From Lama guanicoe (Eukaryota): 64,000 nt of DNA. This document shows, piece by piece, positions 1-13,148 of this stretch. Under the pieces are notes generated by a model that saw nothing but the letters and a program-made list of their open reading frames with translations, was not told where the DNA came from and ran no database searches. The DNA lies in contig MU053881.1 in NCBI GenBank assembly GCA_013239625.1, positions 9,385,957-9,449,956 of the forward strand, written 5' to 3'. The first letter of the stretch is position 1; every line of letters starts with the position of its first letter. The position numbers and the translations under genes were made by a program.

Positions 1-3000
1 TCCCGTGACCTTACTTTTTCTCCCTTCTTTTTGGTAACCGGAGAGCACATTTATTGAAGACTTTCAACGCAAATGGAATCCTGCCTTAGGACTTGACATC
101 GCTCATGGAAAGTAGCAAAAGTTACCTCCCCTGAGAAGCAGAGAAATGGCGGGCAGAAGGGGTGCATCCTGGGCTTCCCAGAAGTCACACAGCATGCCTG
201 TCATGGAGCTGAGAAGGGAGAGAGGGTGATGCATCTCTCTCTGGCATTTCCCTGCCTTTCGTTTTCTTTTAAAATGGGGCGGGGGCGTCACTCCAGGTAG
301 GCTGCTTCTTTCTTAAAAAGCCAACTCTTCCCAGCAAAACTGCCAATTCTCTGGAACGACGGGCAATGAAATCCAATGTGACACTTCATTGTTCTCTATC
401 GAGACATTCCTCTTTGCTGAGGTTTTTTTCCAGGTGTTTTATGAAAAACATTTGCCCTCTCTGGCACTTTGTGAGCCTTCATCTGAGAAACAACGTTTCC
501 CTTATGAAGACGGCTTTGGTTTCACAGGGGACGATGGTTTTGCTTGCTCCCTCATAGCCCGTGAGCGGACCACCAGGGAAATTGCTGCTTCCCTGGCATA
601 AATCCAGGATGCCTATGTCCCAAGGGGTGAGGAGCCTCATTAATTCCTGTGCTCTCATTTCAGGCTGTTTAGGGATCAGAAGCAGATTCTCATTTCAAAC
701 ACATCTCTTGCTTCAATTTCCCTTCTCTTTGAATTGGCTCCTGATCACTTTCTCTTGTGTGTTATGTGTTCACTCTCCATTCGGGTAAGGAAATCAAGAT
801 TGTCCTTTCAGAATACCTCTCCGTCAACATGATCAAGAACACACCCACCAAGGCTCTGGCTTTCCTGCCTGTCTGGCAGGTTTTATGCTTCTTTGGATTT
901 GTCTCCCCAAGATTCGCTTCTGTGATACGGCTCACACAGACCCAAGGGCACCCACCACTCGTGTTCAAACTGATTAGTTCAATTCAGTCCTACAAATAGA
1001 CAAAAAGGTGTGCTAAGAACGAACTAGAGATACAGAGATGAAGAAGCAGTGTCCCTGCTTTCAGGAATTTCACAGAGTAATAAGTAAGGTAAACATACCA
1101 ATATAGAACTATAATATCACATCATTTTCCTGGTAAATTTATTTTCTGCTCCACCTACATTGGTAGGGATGGGAAGGGAGATGCAGGGAGAGGCAACTAT
1201 ATTTCACGGTCCTCTAGAAAACAGAATTCTGGGTGGCAAATATATAATCATTGGTAAACTCCTTAATCCCCAAGCTCTCAGATTTTTATAAAATTAAAAG
1301 GATGGGAGCAGAAAGGTTGGCATCCTTCCTTCCTTCCTTCATTCAACAAACATGTATGGCTTGATGTTGACTATGTTGTATGTGTCCACACCAGGTTATG
1401 AACGCTTTAGATGTGAAATCTCAGATAATGCCCAGCACAAAACTAGGAGGAAGGCATGGGGCTCAAAATAGAGCAATCACATTCCTAAAGCCACATCAAG
1501 AGAAGGTTGGGTAGACTCTATTCACGCTTTTCTCTTTTTGGCTCCAAAGCCTCTATGCTCACCTGCCATGCTTTCTAGCTGTGTCTAAAGACTTTCACCT
1601 TTAAACTTCTGTGATTATGTAATATTTCCAGCAAGAGACGAGGCATCAGAGTAACTTTTTCTTTTCCAATTAGGCTACTGGAAGGTGGGGTGATGGGAGA
1701 GGGGAAAGGCTCTTTGAAGAATCAGTAGAGGAAGGGGAAAAGAGGAAAGTAACCCTCTTCTAAGAGAACGGCTTATGGGCTCCTAGACTTAATTCTCTCC
1801 CAGCTGTTCAAAACAAAGAAATTATTTGTAATTATAAAAGCAAACTTGACTTACTTTTTAAAATACCTTTTTTTGCTATTAACAAATGAGAAATGAGCAC
1901 AGAGGTACAGGACTCAACGTAAAGAAGTGGGGAATTGAGAATCTCTCAGCCAAGTAAGTAGCTGACATGCGGCGTTGACACTGATCTGTTGACTTTTTAG
2001 TTTCCCTCGCCATCAGATACCCTGCAGCGACTCTGGCTGATCTGTACGCTTGTCAAGCCAGGTTCTAGTGTACTAGCTACTCAATAAACATTTGTCAAAT
2101 TAATTAATTAAACAAAGATGAGCAGGTAGATTACAGCTAGAAAAAATGCACCAGTGTCATTCATCAAGAATGAATGTTTTATTTTGCTCTGTGCATCCCC
2201 TTTATTACCTTCCTTAACTTTCCCTTCTACCTGTTTTATGTATCTTAAAATACACATGGGGTATTCATACAGATTCTTAAAAAAAATCTAAAACAGCTCT
2301 CCATATAATGGTTTTAACATCTTGGCAGTGCCATCTCCCCAACCATTCTGAGAATTAACATCTTCAAAAAAAAAAGTTACAAAATAAAACCCCTTATACT
2401 CTTCACTGTCACCCACTGGTCACTTGGACAGACCCAAAGACTTAGACCATATGAGAAGGGTGTGTAAATATTTGTGTGTTTCTATGTCTCTGCAGTCTAC
2501 CAGGTTTTATTTCAAGCAAGAAATTATCTGCCCCTCCCTCCTTTTTTGCACATCACAGAGCCAAGTTTCCCGTGTTACACCAATTTCAAAATGTTCAGCA
2601 CCATTTATCCCTTTTTTATAGTTCACATAAAGACATGGCTCCAAGACCTCAAATAACAAAAAGTTTATTTATGTATTTATTTTTGCATGGCATGCGCTGA
2701 TGAGCTAGTCTGCTCAGCCAGCATTTCACAGATTAGATGCCTGAGTATGGTTTCAGGCAAGGCTCCCTCATGTTTCTGCGTATTGGCTGATAAACACTTC
2801 AAAGTAAACCGCTCATAAATATGAAATGAAAAGCCGGGGAGTCGTTATGCACAGCTTTGAGATACAAATCTCTTTATTCCCTTCTGAAGTGGGGTTTGAT
2901 TGACATAATGAGTCATAGATCCTGTCCAGGGACACACTGCCTTTTCCCCTTTTTCTCTGGAGACGGGGAGACTTTAAAGAAACCCACTTCAGAACTTGCT

Positions 3001-4329
3001 GATAGACAGCTCACTTGAAAAAATAATAAAGTTGAATCCTATATTAAATAACTTATTATTTTGTGTTAATGCTGACTTTGACAACCATGACATATGTCAG
3101 AGTTTCACTACACATCCTCAGAAAGACATTATTAGCTACAACTCTAAGAAAAGAGATGGCCAAATTTTTTTTTTAAAAAGTGCCATTATCTCTTTTGTCA
3201 TATATATTGTTGCTCTATAGACCCTTGGTCCAGTAAGAGAAAATCACTACTTAAATTAATTCAGAGCAGGAGATTAAAATCCTGTTAAGCCAAAAGGCTA
3301 CAGGGAGTAACCCAGGCGATTGTGAATAATTATCATGGAAAATTCATTTTATAAATAAATGTCTTTCAAGAAGGAGAGGATCGTGCAGCAGAACTTTCTA
3401 TGAAAAATAGGTTGAAGAACAATTCAAAGTGGAGATTCAATTTATTCTTGCTCATAAGTTTTTAATAATTATCTGCTTGCCTGAAAAAGATAAAAATTTC
3501 AGGGAGGTCACACAATTTCCCATCAGGTCATATTTTGTAAATTTAAATGACTTACAGAAGCGAGGCAGTTAACATAAAGCAGCTAAGTCAGCTCGTTGAC
3601 AGGGCAATAAGGAGTAGTGGGGCCTGTGAGAAAATGGGAAAAAAGTGCAAGACCCTTTGGATAAGGCAACTGTTCTTCAGTTCCAGTAGATTTCTGCCCC
3701 TCAAGAAGGTAGAATGAATGTTGCCAGGTCTTGCAGTTTTTCTAGAAAAGCCTGAACTCTGGATTTTATGTGATATTTACCTATGTATAAATGATGGCCA
3801 AAAAAGTAATAAAAAAAAAAGTCCAATCCAAATAGAATAGGTCTTGGGTCTGCCAATCTCTCCTCTCTGCTCTAGATTTTCTAGTAGTCAATTACATAAG
3901 ATTTTAGTAAGAGACAGAAAAGGAAGGGGAGGAATAAAAACTTGAAATGAGAGAACACTGAGAGAGAAAGGAATCCTGAGATAATCTCCAGTGGTTTTAA
4001 TGTCTTTGCAGGATCTCTGGGGATTCTGTTGTGAACCTGCAGTCCCTTTGCAGGACCTACTTAGAGAGGTCTCTTCCCAAAGCCCCTTCAACCAGAGCAC
4101 TTCTGCTTTCTTATTTAAAGAATGATTGTGGCCAGAAAGCTTCTGAAAACAGCTAATTAGGACCGTCTCCTCATCTGAGAGTGAGGATATCCATTTATTC
4201 ACTACCCTCTCCTCAAACATTCAGTTGGCCCAAGGTTTTAGGCTCCATTAAGTATCAGGGTCAGATCACCTCTACCTTTCTGCCTTAGAAGCTCAGCTTG
4301 AGTGTCAGAGAAAATTAACCGCCCACCAA

Positions 4330-4760
4330 AATTACTATTTCCCATCCCACAATGTAGAACTGCCACTAGGAAGTGGCTTTCCAGCCAGGACCTATCATTC
4401 CGTTTCCAGTGCATCTAGCTCAGGCCATGTGTCTGCTTCTTGTTAACCTGGTGGAGCAGAAGTGATGGTGCCATGTAAGAACCAGAGACTTTGAAAGGCA
4501 AATGCTCCTTGTCCACGTTCTCTTTCACTGATGATGCCGGAGGAATGAGCCAAGACAGGCAGATTCAAGACCGCAGCACCACAAGATGCAAGTAACCCAC
4601 TTCCTAGAGTTTCTACCTGGAGGGAACTCTGGCATCAGCATTCCTGACTGCTGACTTCCCAGGAATGAGACATGAGTTCTGATTCTGGTTGATTATTTAT
4701 ATACATTTAGATCTCCTTGTGCCATCATCCAGATTTACCCAAAATAACACAGTCAGTAAT
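4330..4760 (+). mobile_element. Degenerate ERVL/MaLR-type LTR (LTR16/MLT1-like)
   Basis: TGCATCTAGCTCAGGCCATGTG...GAGCAGAAGTGATG motif. Highly diverged, so boundaries and family are uncertain. Confidence 0.4.
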
Positions 4761-5799
4761 GAACTGTCTGACACTGTGTTTTACAGGAGATGTATACACA
4801 ACTAAGTGATCCAAAAAATTAAACATCGGCCTCCTATTGAGAACTTGCTGATGCCAGTAACTGCCTGTCAGTGAGACCTACTGTGTGTTAAACAGCAGAC
4901 GACCAGGGAAATTGCATGACCTGCTGAAGGAAACAGGTCCAGAGAAAAGCAGGGACTCAAACTCAGATTTTGAAAGCTCCAAAGAAGTTCTCACCAAACG
5001 TGCACTGATTTCTGTTGCAGTGTCATGAGTCAGTGTTTCGGTTTTTATTAAAATCCTTACCAGTCCAACTTGATGAAATTCAGTACCATTCTGATATGTC
5101 AGATGTTAGATCTCTGATTATTTGTACTACAAATTAAAAAAAAAACACTCTGAATAACACAAGTATCTCCTGATAAACACTCTGTCGTAAAGAATTAGTT
5201 GGCTAATGAATAATATTACAAAAATGTGTTTCAATATAGGTGCTTTTATTTTCAATAACAAAAAATGTTTATATGAGATGTTCTCATACATATGAGAAAA
5301 GAGATAATGCAATTTTTAAAATGAAAGAAAGTAACTATTATGTAAGTTAGCATCAGAAAATTGGAAGCCATCAAATCTTAAAAAAAAACAAAATAAAAAA
5401 GAGACATGTCATGTAAATATATGTATATATATAATCTATGTATATATAGTAATAAGAAGAAGTGAGAAATGAGCAGAGTCAAATGGTGAACACACGCACA
5501 CACACACGAGTAACAGGAATAATCTTCGATTAATCTCCAACTTCTGTTAAAATCCACAACCAGCTCCCTGTCAAGTTGGAGTGATGGTGCAGCCCAGTGC
5601 AAAAGGGCTATGGAATCAGACTAAACCAAGGTCAAATCCTCCCATATCTTAGTTCTGGGACCTTAGGTAAATTTCCTGGCTTCTCTCAATCTTAATGCCC
5701 TTATTTATAAATTAAGGATGGTAATATCAAGGATACAGACTAAAGTTCACACCCAAGGAAACTAAACCTTGACCTCCTAGGTGATGAGCATAAATCGTG

Positions 5800-6015
5800 A
5801 TAATGTGAGGTTAGAATTAAACCATTTTATTGCCTGGGACTGGAGTTGGGAGCAAAGGAGTAGGAGAAATCTTTTTGGAAAAGGTAGCAATGTTCTAAAA
5901 TTGTATTGTGGTGATGGGTGCACAACTGTTAATTTACTAAAATTAATTCAACCATACATTTGAAATGGGAGAATTTCATGATTTGCAAATTACACCTCAA
6001 CAAAGCTGTTAAAAA
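5800..6015 (+). mobile_element. Old L1 extreme 3' end
   Basis: AATGTTCTAAAATTGTATTGTGGTGATGGGTGCACAACT...AATTTACTAAAA...AAATTACACCTCAACAAAGCTGTTAAAAA. Confidence 0.75.
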
Positions 6016-9000
6016 TTAAACTGGTTGCGTGCAAATATTTCTCTGTAGGTGGGTGAAAACTGCACCTGTAAAACCCAGAGAAAACAACAGAGCCAACACT
6101 GAAGATTCACAGGATGTGGAATAAACTAGGTGAAGCTAAACGACCCCTCTCGTATCAGGCACTGAAAGCAAGTAGGATCTCAGTGCAGAGAAAGCTGCAT
6201 TCGTGTAACCCCGTGCCTTTTATTTTGATTCCACCACAAATTTTAGCAGCTAAAATATTTCTAGAATGATAGTTACTCATTCCATTTGCTTTGAAAATTG
6301 GGAAGGCCCAAGTCCCCTGGGATGAAAACACTCTACGTTAACCATGTGGGTAAAAAAGAATAGCCTTTCTAAGAATAAATCTATACTGGAATACTTTTTC
6401 CATCTTGAGGTGTTTTAATCCTTTACATTGAAAACAGTTTGATTAAACAGGCTGCACTGGGATCATGCACACCATCTCAGTCCAGGAGGTAGCAGCTGTC
6501 AGTCACATCTCTGTCCTCCTCCCAGCATCCCTGGGGGGACAACGTAAGAGAGCTGTCTCCAGGATAAGCGCACCTCTGAGACTTACAGGCTCGCCGTGGC
6601 CTGCAGCAGAAAAGCAGCCACGCAGCTCACTCGGTCTATTAGCCCTTTGACTTCCTTCTCTCGTGCACAAATATAAATATAATGCTTAAGTGAGTAATTG
6701 CTACTGTCCCCAAAGAAATTTCAATTAAACACTTGGAATCCTCAGGAACGGTACCTAGGGAGATTCCCAACAGAGCTGCAATTTGTTATGTATTACTAAG
6801 TCTGGCTTCGAATTGTAAATCTTCTGTTTTTGTTTGTTTGTTTGTTTTTGTCTTTTCATGTGAGCTAGGGCCTTTCTCTAGCCTCCCATATGATTGGAAC
6901 AACTCTTTCCCAAACTCTAAGCGGGACCAGTAGAATAGCGTGATTCCTGAATAACAAGCCCTCTGTCCAGTTTAAAAGGCAGATGGGACAATTCCCTTGT
7001 TCACTACCAGAGTTTGGGATGAGATACCCTTTCCTTTCTTCTCGAAGGGAAGGGAGGGCAGTAGGAAAAGTTTGATGGGGGCCGGGGTAGATTTTCCATG
7101 CAGCATCCCATGCTTCCATCCATCATAGTCCTGCAGCATTGTGTGCGTAAAAGTTGATCACCAGAATTTAAGCTCCATGAAGGGAGTCCTTTCTCTAACT
7201 GACTTTGGTGTTTTCAGCACCTGTGGCCATACTAGGTGTATAGAGACAAGGCATTCCCTAAATACATGTGGATGGATGGGAGAAAGGAAGAAATAAAAGA
7301 AAGAAGAAGGAAGAATGAAAGAAAGGATGGGGGAATCGGTGGGCTTCACTAGAAGTCCCGTGATAACGAAGCCAGGTCTTTCTGCCCCACTTCTGGCAAA
7401 ATTTCATAAAACATTTTCTCAGGCCACATTTACTACTGTGTCCTTTTGGAAGAAATTAGTTCAGAGCCAGATATTTGGTAAAACTCATGTTATGCTTCCT
7501 TTTACTGATTACTTGTTTTTCACGATGTATTATTCAGCTGAATTAAATGATCAGAGCTAATCAGATTATATTCAGGGATAAGAAGAAAAAAGTTCCTTCT
7601 CAAAAAAAAAAATTCACTAGGGTCACTAGATTGCCAAATAACACCCCCTTCTATACTGAGGTTCTGTGATACATCCTCTTTTGGTTTGTTCAAATATAGT
7701 TTTTAAAGAAATCAGGAATATTAGCTTCTTTCCAGGACTGGGGCTTATGCCAGTTACTTAAAATAATATAAATAAAAAATTTTAAAGGCCACTGAAAAAT
7801 CCTATTTCTACCAAAGGCTAACGTCTGTATTAATACCTCTTCAAGTGTTCATTCTCCAAGTAAAGATGTGGTTTCAAATCTCCAGCAAATTAACAAAAAA
7901 TTGAAACAATAAATGTAAATAAATCCTCTCCTTTTAATATCAATTTTCTTTCTATCATCTGCATACCCCTGTGGTCTCCAAATCTGACAAAACTGAAGCA
8001 TAAATGACAAATAATTGAAAGTGAGTTTTCTGGTATTCTGGACTACTGGGCCAGTGGATCCCTGTGGCCACTGAAGCCAGAACAGAGACAGGGCCTGTGG
8101 ACAGGAGCTTTCTCACATCATCGTGATGTCAACCCTCGGGATGCAGCAAGCTCACTTTTCGCCCACCTCATAGAACTCAGTGATGCCTGTTTTTGACTAA
8201 TGACTCCAAAACCAAGAGGAATGGCTTTTAGGAATCTGGTCTCTAACTACTCTTACAGTGCTGATCAGCAGTGCAGCAGGAAAAGGCTTAAGAAAGCTGA
8301 AATTCTTTTTTCTCCCTCAAATGCCCCTCAGGGCCTGGGACACCAGAAGGACAACAGAGGCTTGGGATGGGCTGATTTTGGAAGATCAAACTGGTCATCA
8401 CTGACCCAGCTTTCCTCTTCATATAAAGACTCTCCTCTTTCTGGTTGCCCAGGAGCTAAGAAAAGCTACTACGGGAAATTGAAGAGGAGACATGACATGG
8501 TAATCCCCTCCAGGTTTCTGGTGTGCCACGATGTCGTTTCTTGTCACCAATTCCACAAATCAGAAAGAGGGAAACGGGGGGGCAGATCACGGTCACAAAG
8601 GGTTACAAAAAAGCGAAGACAAAATAAAATGGTCTCAGAACTATTAATTTAACTCATTAGTTACTAATTAACTAATTAACTCATTAGTTAAATTAATCAT
8701 TAGTTATGATTTCATGTTAAGGAACAAACTTCTTTCCTTAATTCACTTTTTAAAAAATTCAGTTGCGGCATTTCCCTATCCAGTCTAGTTTGATTTCGCA
8801 CATTTTCCTCAGACCTGAGTAGACTGTAGAAGAAAGCTAGGTTCTGTTGAACTAAAATAAAAGCACATCCCTTTTTGGATAGCCTCATCTGTCTGATTCT
8901 AGAGGTCCTAGCAGATGAAGCAAAATATCTGGAAACAAAACACAAGTTCATGCTGTACATAAATGGGAATAAAAGAAAACAGGATTTCTTCATAGTGAGT

Positions 9001-9069
9001 GGGAGAAACATTCAGCCCTCAATGGCCAAATAAAATGAAAGTGAAGTCAAAACAGAGAATGGAAAACAT

Positions 9070-10170
9070 CAAATCACACCTAAATCTTGGTTTTTAATAC
9101 TATTTTCCAATTAAAAAAAGGGAACCAGGGCCCCATGGAGAAGTGGCTGATTCTAAGGGTGGGGATAGAAAATATACAAAAACTATGTAAGTCTGGTACA
9201 TCTTGCAGTGCCAGACAGTAAGAAAGTGCTCCAAACGAAACAAAACAAAATAAAACCGCACACGATGGGTATATACCAAAGGGACCCAAGAGCCAACTGA
9301 AAGGGCTCCTGATAGCCAAACTGGAGCATTGTGAGCAACCAAATAAATTCAGTAGGATAGGCTTTAACCCAAAGTATAAAAAAAAAAAAAAGAGCCTACA
9401 TCGATATGAATTACTGATTGAATAAATAAACAAAAATGTGCCTCTCCCAGGCAGAAAAACTCCGAATCACGTACATCCATACTCTGCCCTAGATGACGCA
9501 GAACATAACTCCTCACTCATAAAGTATGAGTGATTTTCTTCCAAAAAAAAAAAATTGCGAAAAGGAAGACAGAAAGAACAATGTTCCAGGGGAGAAGCTT
9601 GAGAACATCCCCTTGCTCAGGTAGTCGGGTCCTGTCGACAGTGATGTCATCCTGATAGAGTGTAACCTTGACATGTTATGATCAGCCTGGCCCTTTCCCC
9701 TCTGTGACGCTCCTCTGAAAACCACAGAACCCCACTCCAGCCGGGAGAGGACTATTAGATCAATCCCAACTCATGAACACTTTCAGAAACAGGACCAGAA
9801 CGCCTCAAATCTGCTAAGGTCATTAAAAGCAAGGAAAATCTGGTTGACTATCACAACCGAGAGAAAGGCTCAGGAGACATTGAGTACTAAACGTCACAGA
9901 TAAGATTCTGGAAGAGAAAAAGAACATTGAGGGGAAGCAAAACAAAAACCTGAGACAGTCTGAATGAAGTAAGAACTTTAGTTAATAGTAATGTGTCGCT
10001 GTTGGTTCATGAAGTGTGACAAGTGTACCATTCTGCTGCAAGATGTTAGTAAGAGGAAGAGACACTACAGGGGTATACCAGAACTATGGACCATCTTTGC
10101 AGGTGTTTCATGAATTTAAAACTTAAAAAAAATTTAAAACTGTGTTAAGATTACAAGTTTGCTTTTAAAA
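9070..10170 (+). mobile_element. Old L1 3' UTR fragment (L1MC/MD-like)
   Basis: Motifs GGAACCAGGGCCCCATGGAGAAGTGGCTGATTCTA, AGAGCCAACTGAAAGGGCTCC and ACTTTAGTTAATAGTAATGT...TGTGACAAGTGTACCA typical of ancient eutherian L1 3' ends. Confidence 0.7.
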
Positions 10171-11436
10171 TAATTGATCCTAATGTATCCTCTCACCTCA
10201 TTCTATTCAGAAAGAAAAGACAAAAAAGAAAGTGATAGAAATGGGAGAAATTAACAGTATTTAGGGAGAGGAGTTGGGGACATATTTGGGAGATGTCAAT
10301 TTTGCTTTGCTGCTTTGCTTTTTTTAAAAATTAAACCACAGCTAAATGAGCCAAATAATGTCACAACTGTTACTCTGCCCCCCGGGCACAGGAGTCATCC
10401 CTTTGGTTGAGAATAAGAGACCTACTGCCTCAATCTTGAACAACAGCACAGAGACACATGATTCCTCCTTCACGAAATTTAAGACAAGAGGTTTCTTCAA
10501 TCATCTCAAATGTGAAGCACTTCATAAACGTCATGTGGTGCCTCCCTCTGAATCATTTAACAGCCTAGTAGTAACCAGCGGACTGAAATGTTCACAGGAA
10601 AATCAAGGAACAAACAGAAAAAAAAAAAAAGAAAGGAAGAAAAGAAGCAGTTGGACTTATTCTTTGTTGAAACAGGTAGATGATTCAGTTGAAAAATAAC
10701 AAGTAAAGAAATTGAGTGATGAACCTCGACTGATTTTTCTCACCAAAACAAAACAGAAAAAACAAAACAAAAAAACCCTAAAAAATCCTTCAGCGGCAGC
10801 AAAGAAAGAAAGATAATTTATCCTTAGGACAAACCAATGACTCACAGATACTGAGCTACAAGAAAATAAAATCTTTTTTTCTCATTTAAAAAACCTAAAA
10901 ATGGAAGAAAAAAAAAAAAAAGAAACCACACAATTAAACTAGAACGACTTGTAGGAGAGCTTGCCGAGACCTGTTCCGGGAGAAACGGTGGCACACCTAT
11001 CGTTTATCTAAAGTTAGACCCCAACGGGAGTAGCACTCACAGCATCTGCAGGGGTGGCCCCACACTGAGGAAGAATCTGTAGGATGTCAGCACAACTGCC
11101 TCCATCCCACAAACGGAGTGGGAGTGGAAGGGAGGAGAGGCGACAACTGACAGGTGAGCAAGCTCCCATCCATTCGACTCCCTTCTGACTTGTCTTTTTT
11201 AGAATCCTGTTGAAATAAGTTGAAAAAAAAAAAGCCTATCCAGGAATATTTTAGGATCTACATCTTGACGGTATTTACTAACAATTTGGAGAGCACATAG
11301 TTTAACAATTTGTCAATATAATGAATGTGGCTGATGCTACTGGAGCACCATTCCATCTCTCATATGCCCGAATCACTTTGAGAATGTCATTCCCAAAGTT
11401 TACATTCAATCAAACTTTATACAAAATACATTAGGT

Positions 11437-11803
11437 GCTATGAGCTGCAAGGTGTCCCCCTTCCTGCAAATTCGTATGCTGAAGCTTTAGCCCTCCCAGT
11501 GATTGCACAGGAGACAGGGCCTTGGAGGAGACGATCAAGGTTAAACAAGGTCATAAAGGTACACTCCTGATCTCACAGAACTGGTACCCTCCTAAGAAGA
11601 TGAGACACTAGAGGTCTCTCTCTGCCATGTGAAGACACAGTGAGAAGGTGACTGTCTGCAAGCCAGTAAAAACGCACTTAACCAGAATGCAGCCACACTG
11701 GCACCCTGATTTCCGACTTCCAGTCTCCAGACCATGAGAGAGTAGATGCCTGTGGATTAAGCCACCCAGTTCATGATACTTTGTTAAGCAGCCTGAGCCG
11801 ACC
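11437..11803 (+). mobile_element. MaLR solo LTR (MLT1A/B-like)
   Basis: TGCTATGAGCTG...CCATGTGAAGACACAGTGAGAAGGTG...GGCACCCTGATTTCCGACTTCCAGTCTCCAGACCATGAGA...TAAGCCACCCAGT...TTTGTTAAGCAGCC. Confidence 0.85.
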
Positions 11804-11809
11804 AGTACT

Positions 11810-12210
11810 TCATGCAGGAAACTTAGTGTGGCCCCCAGATAACTGGGGTTCTCTTCCTTCAAGGTGCATAGTAGGACCATACTTCCCTAGCCCCCTTTAA
11901 AAGTAGAGAAAGCCATGTGATACAGTTTAGCTAATGAAATGTCAGCAAGGGTGACATATGTCACTTTCAGTGCGTCTTTAATGCGAAGAGAAGGTATGGT
12001 TTTCCATATGCTTTGTTCTTCCTTCCTCTGCAACCTGCAGTGCTCCAGATGGTGAAGCCTGTGTCAGCGGAATGCCTGAACGAGGGCAATGCAAAAGCCA
12101 AGCCCCTGGTTTACCCGATGGACATGCAGTATGAGTGAGAAATAAACACATGTTGTTTTAAGTCACTGAGACTTTCCATTGTTAAGGTTGATATAGCAAC
12201 GTTAGTCCTG
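11810..12210 (+). mobile_element. Older MaLR LTR (MLT1I/J-like)
   Basis: GCCATGTGA...AATGAAATGTCAGCAAGGGTGACATATGTCACTT...GAGAAATAAAC...TTGTTTTAAGTCACTGAGA. Confidence 0.7.
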
Positions 12211-12759
12211 TAAGGGAAAAAAAAGAAACAAAACAAAACAAAACAAAACAGGAAAGCAGGCAAGAAAACAAAATGAAAAACCCTTAGTCCTACAGGGGGA
12301 AAAAAGCAGAAGGGAACAACTTGGTAATGCTGTGCATAGCCCACGGAATAACCATATTGGGCATACATTACAGATGCGATAATAAATAAAAACGTGTTAA
12401 CCTTTGTAACCGTGTAGACATTTTAATTACTAGATGGCCCAACTGATTTGCTATCTACTGAGACGGCACCAACTTTCATTTTATGCTTTAAGATTTTATT
12501 AAAAATATCTATACAGATCCCAGATAATTTGGGAGCAGAATTTTGATTTCATCTAACCTTGTTTAACATGATTTGCAAAGCTTTTATTATGTATAAGGGT
12601 GAACAACAGAAGATTAATCTTACTGGATTTATGAGAAAGCATCCCAACACACAGTGAGATTGGCATTTGAAATTGGTTATATTTTGGTATGAACTTTTTA
12701 TAATCTCAACTATATTCCCAAGGATAATCCTTGCTCTCCTTCCTCACTGCTACTTCTTA

Positions 12760-13148
12760 ACGTCACCCCACCACTGTGAAGAATCCACCTTCTCCCTCGT
12801 GGGCGATAAGCTTTTGCAACACTGAGTCTTTACACAACGGGCTCCCTCTCCCTTGGAGGTCTCTTTCCTCCCATTCACCATCTGCAGGATGATTCCTCAT
12901 TCCAGAAGACTCAACTCAAATGTCAATTTCTCCAAAACCTCTTGGTCAAAACCTCTAGCAACCAATTATTTCCTCGTTTAGGTTCCCAAAATCTCATTAT
13001 AGATATCTTTACTATAGCAGTCACTCCCTTAATTATAATTTTCTGCTAATGTGTCTGTTCACTGTATTGTGAATTCTAAGCAGACTGAAAACATCCCTCA
13101 CTTATTCCATTACAGAGCTACAACGTATTTGTTGAATGAATGGGTGTG
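12760..13148 (+). mobile_element. L2 LINE 3' fragment
   Basis: CTCAACTCAAATGTCA motif and terminal GTATTTGTTGAATGAATG. Confidence 0.6.

Noticed and set aside
7213..7231. REST/RE1 site (TTCAGCACC)
   Set aside because: Only the left half-site is present, with no GGACAG right half; the same applies near 2593.
8200..8652. Longest ORF in the track (150 aa)
   Set aside because: No recognisable domain or exon context; this length can occur by chance in 64 kb over six frames.
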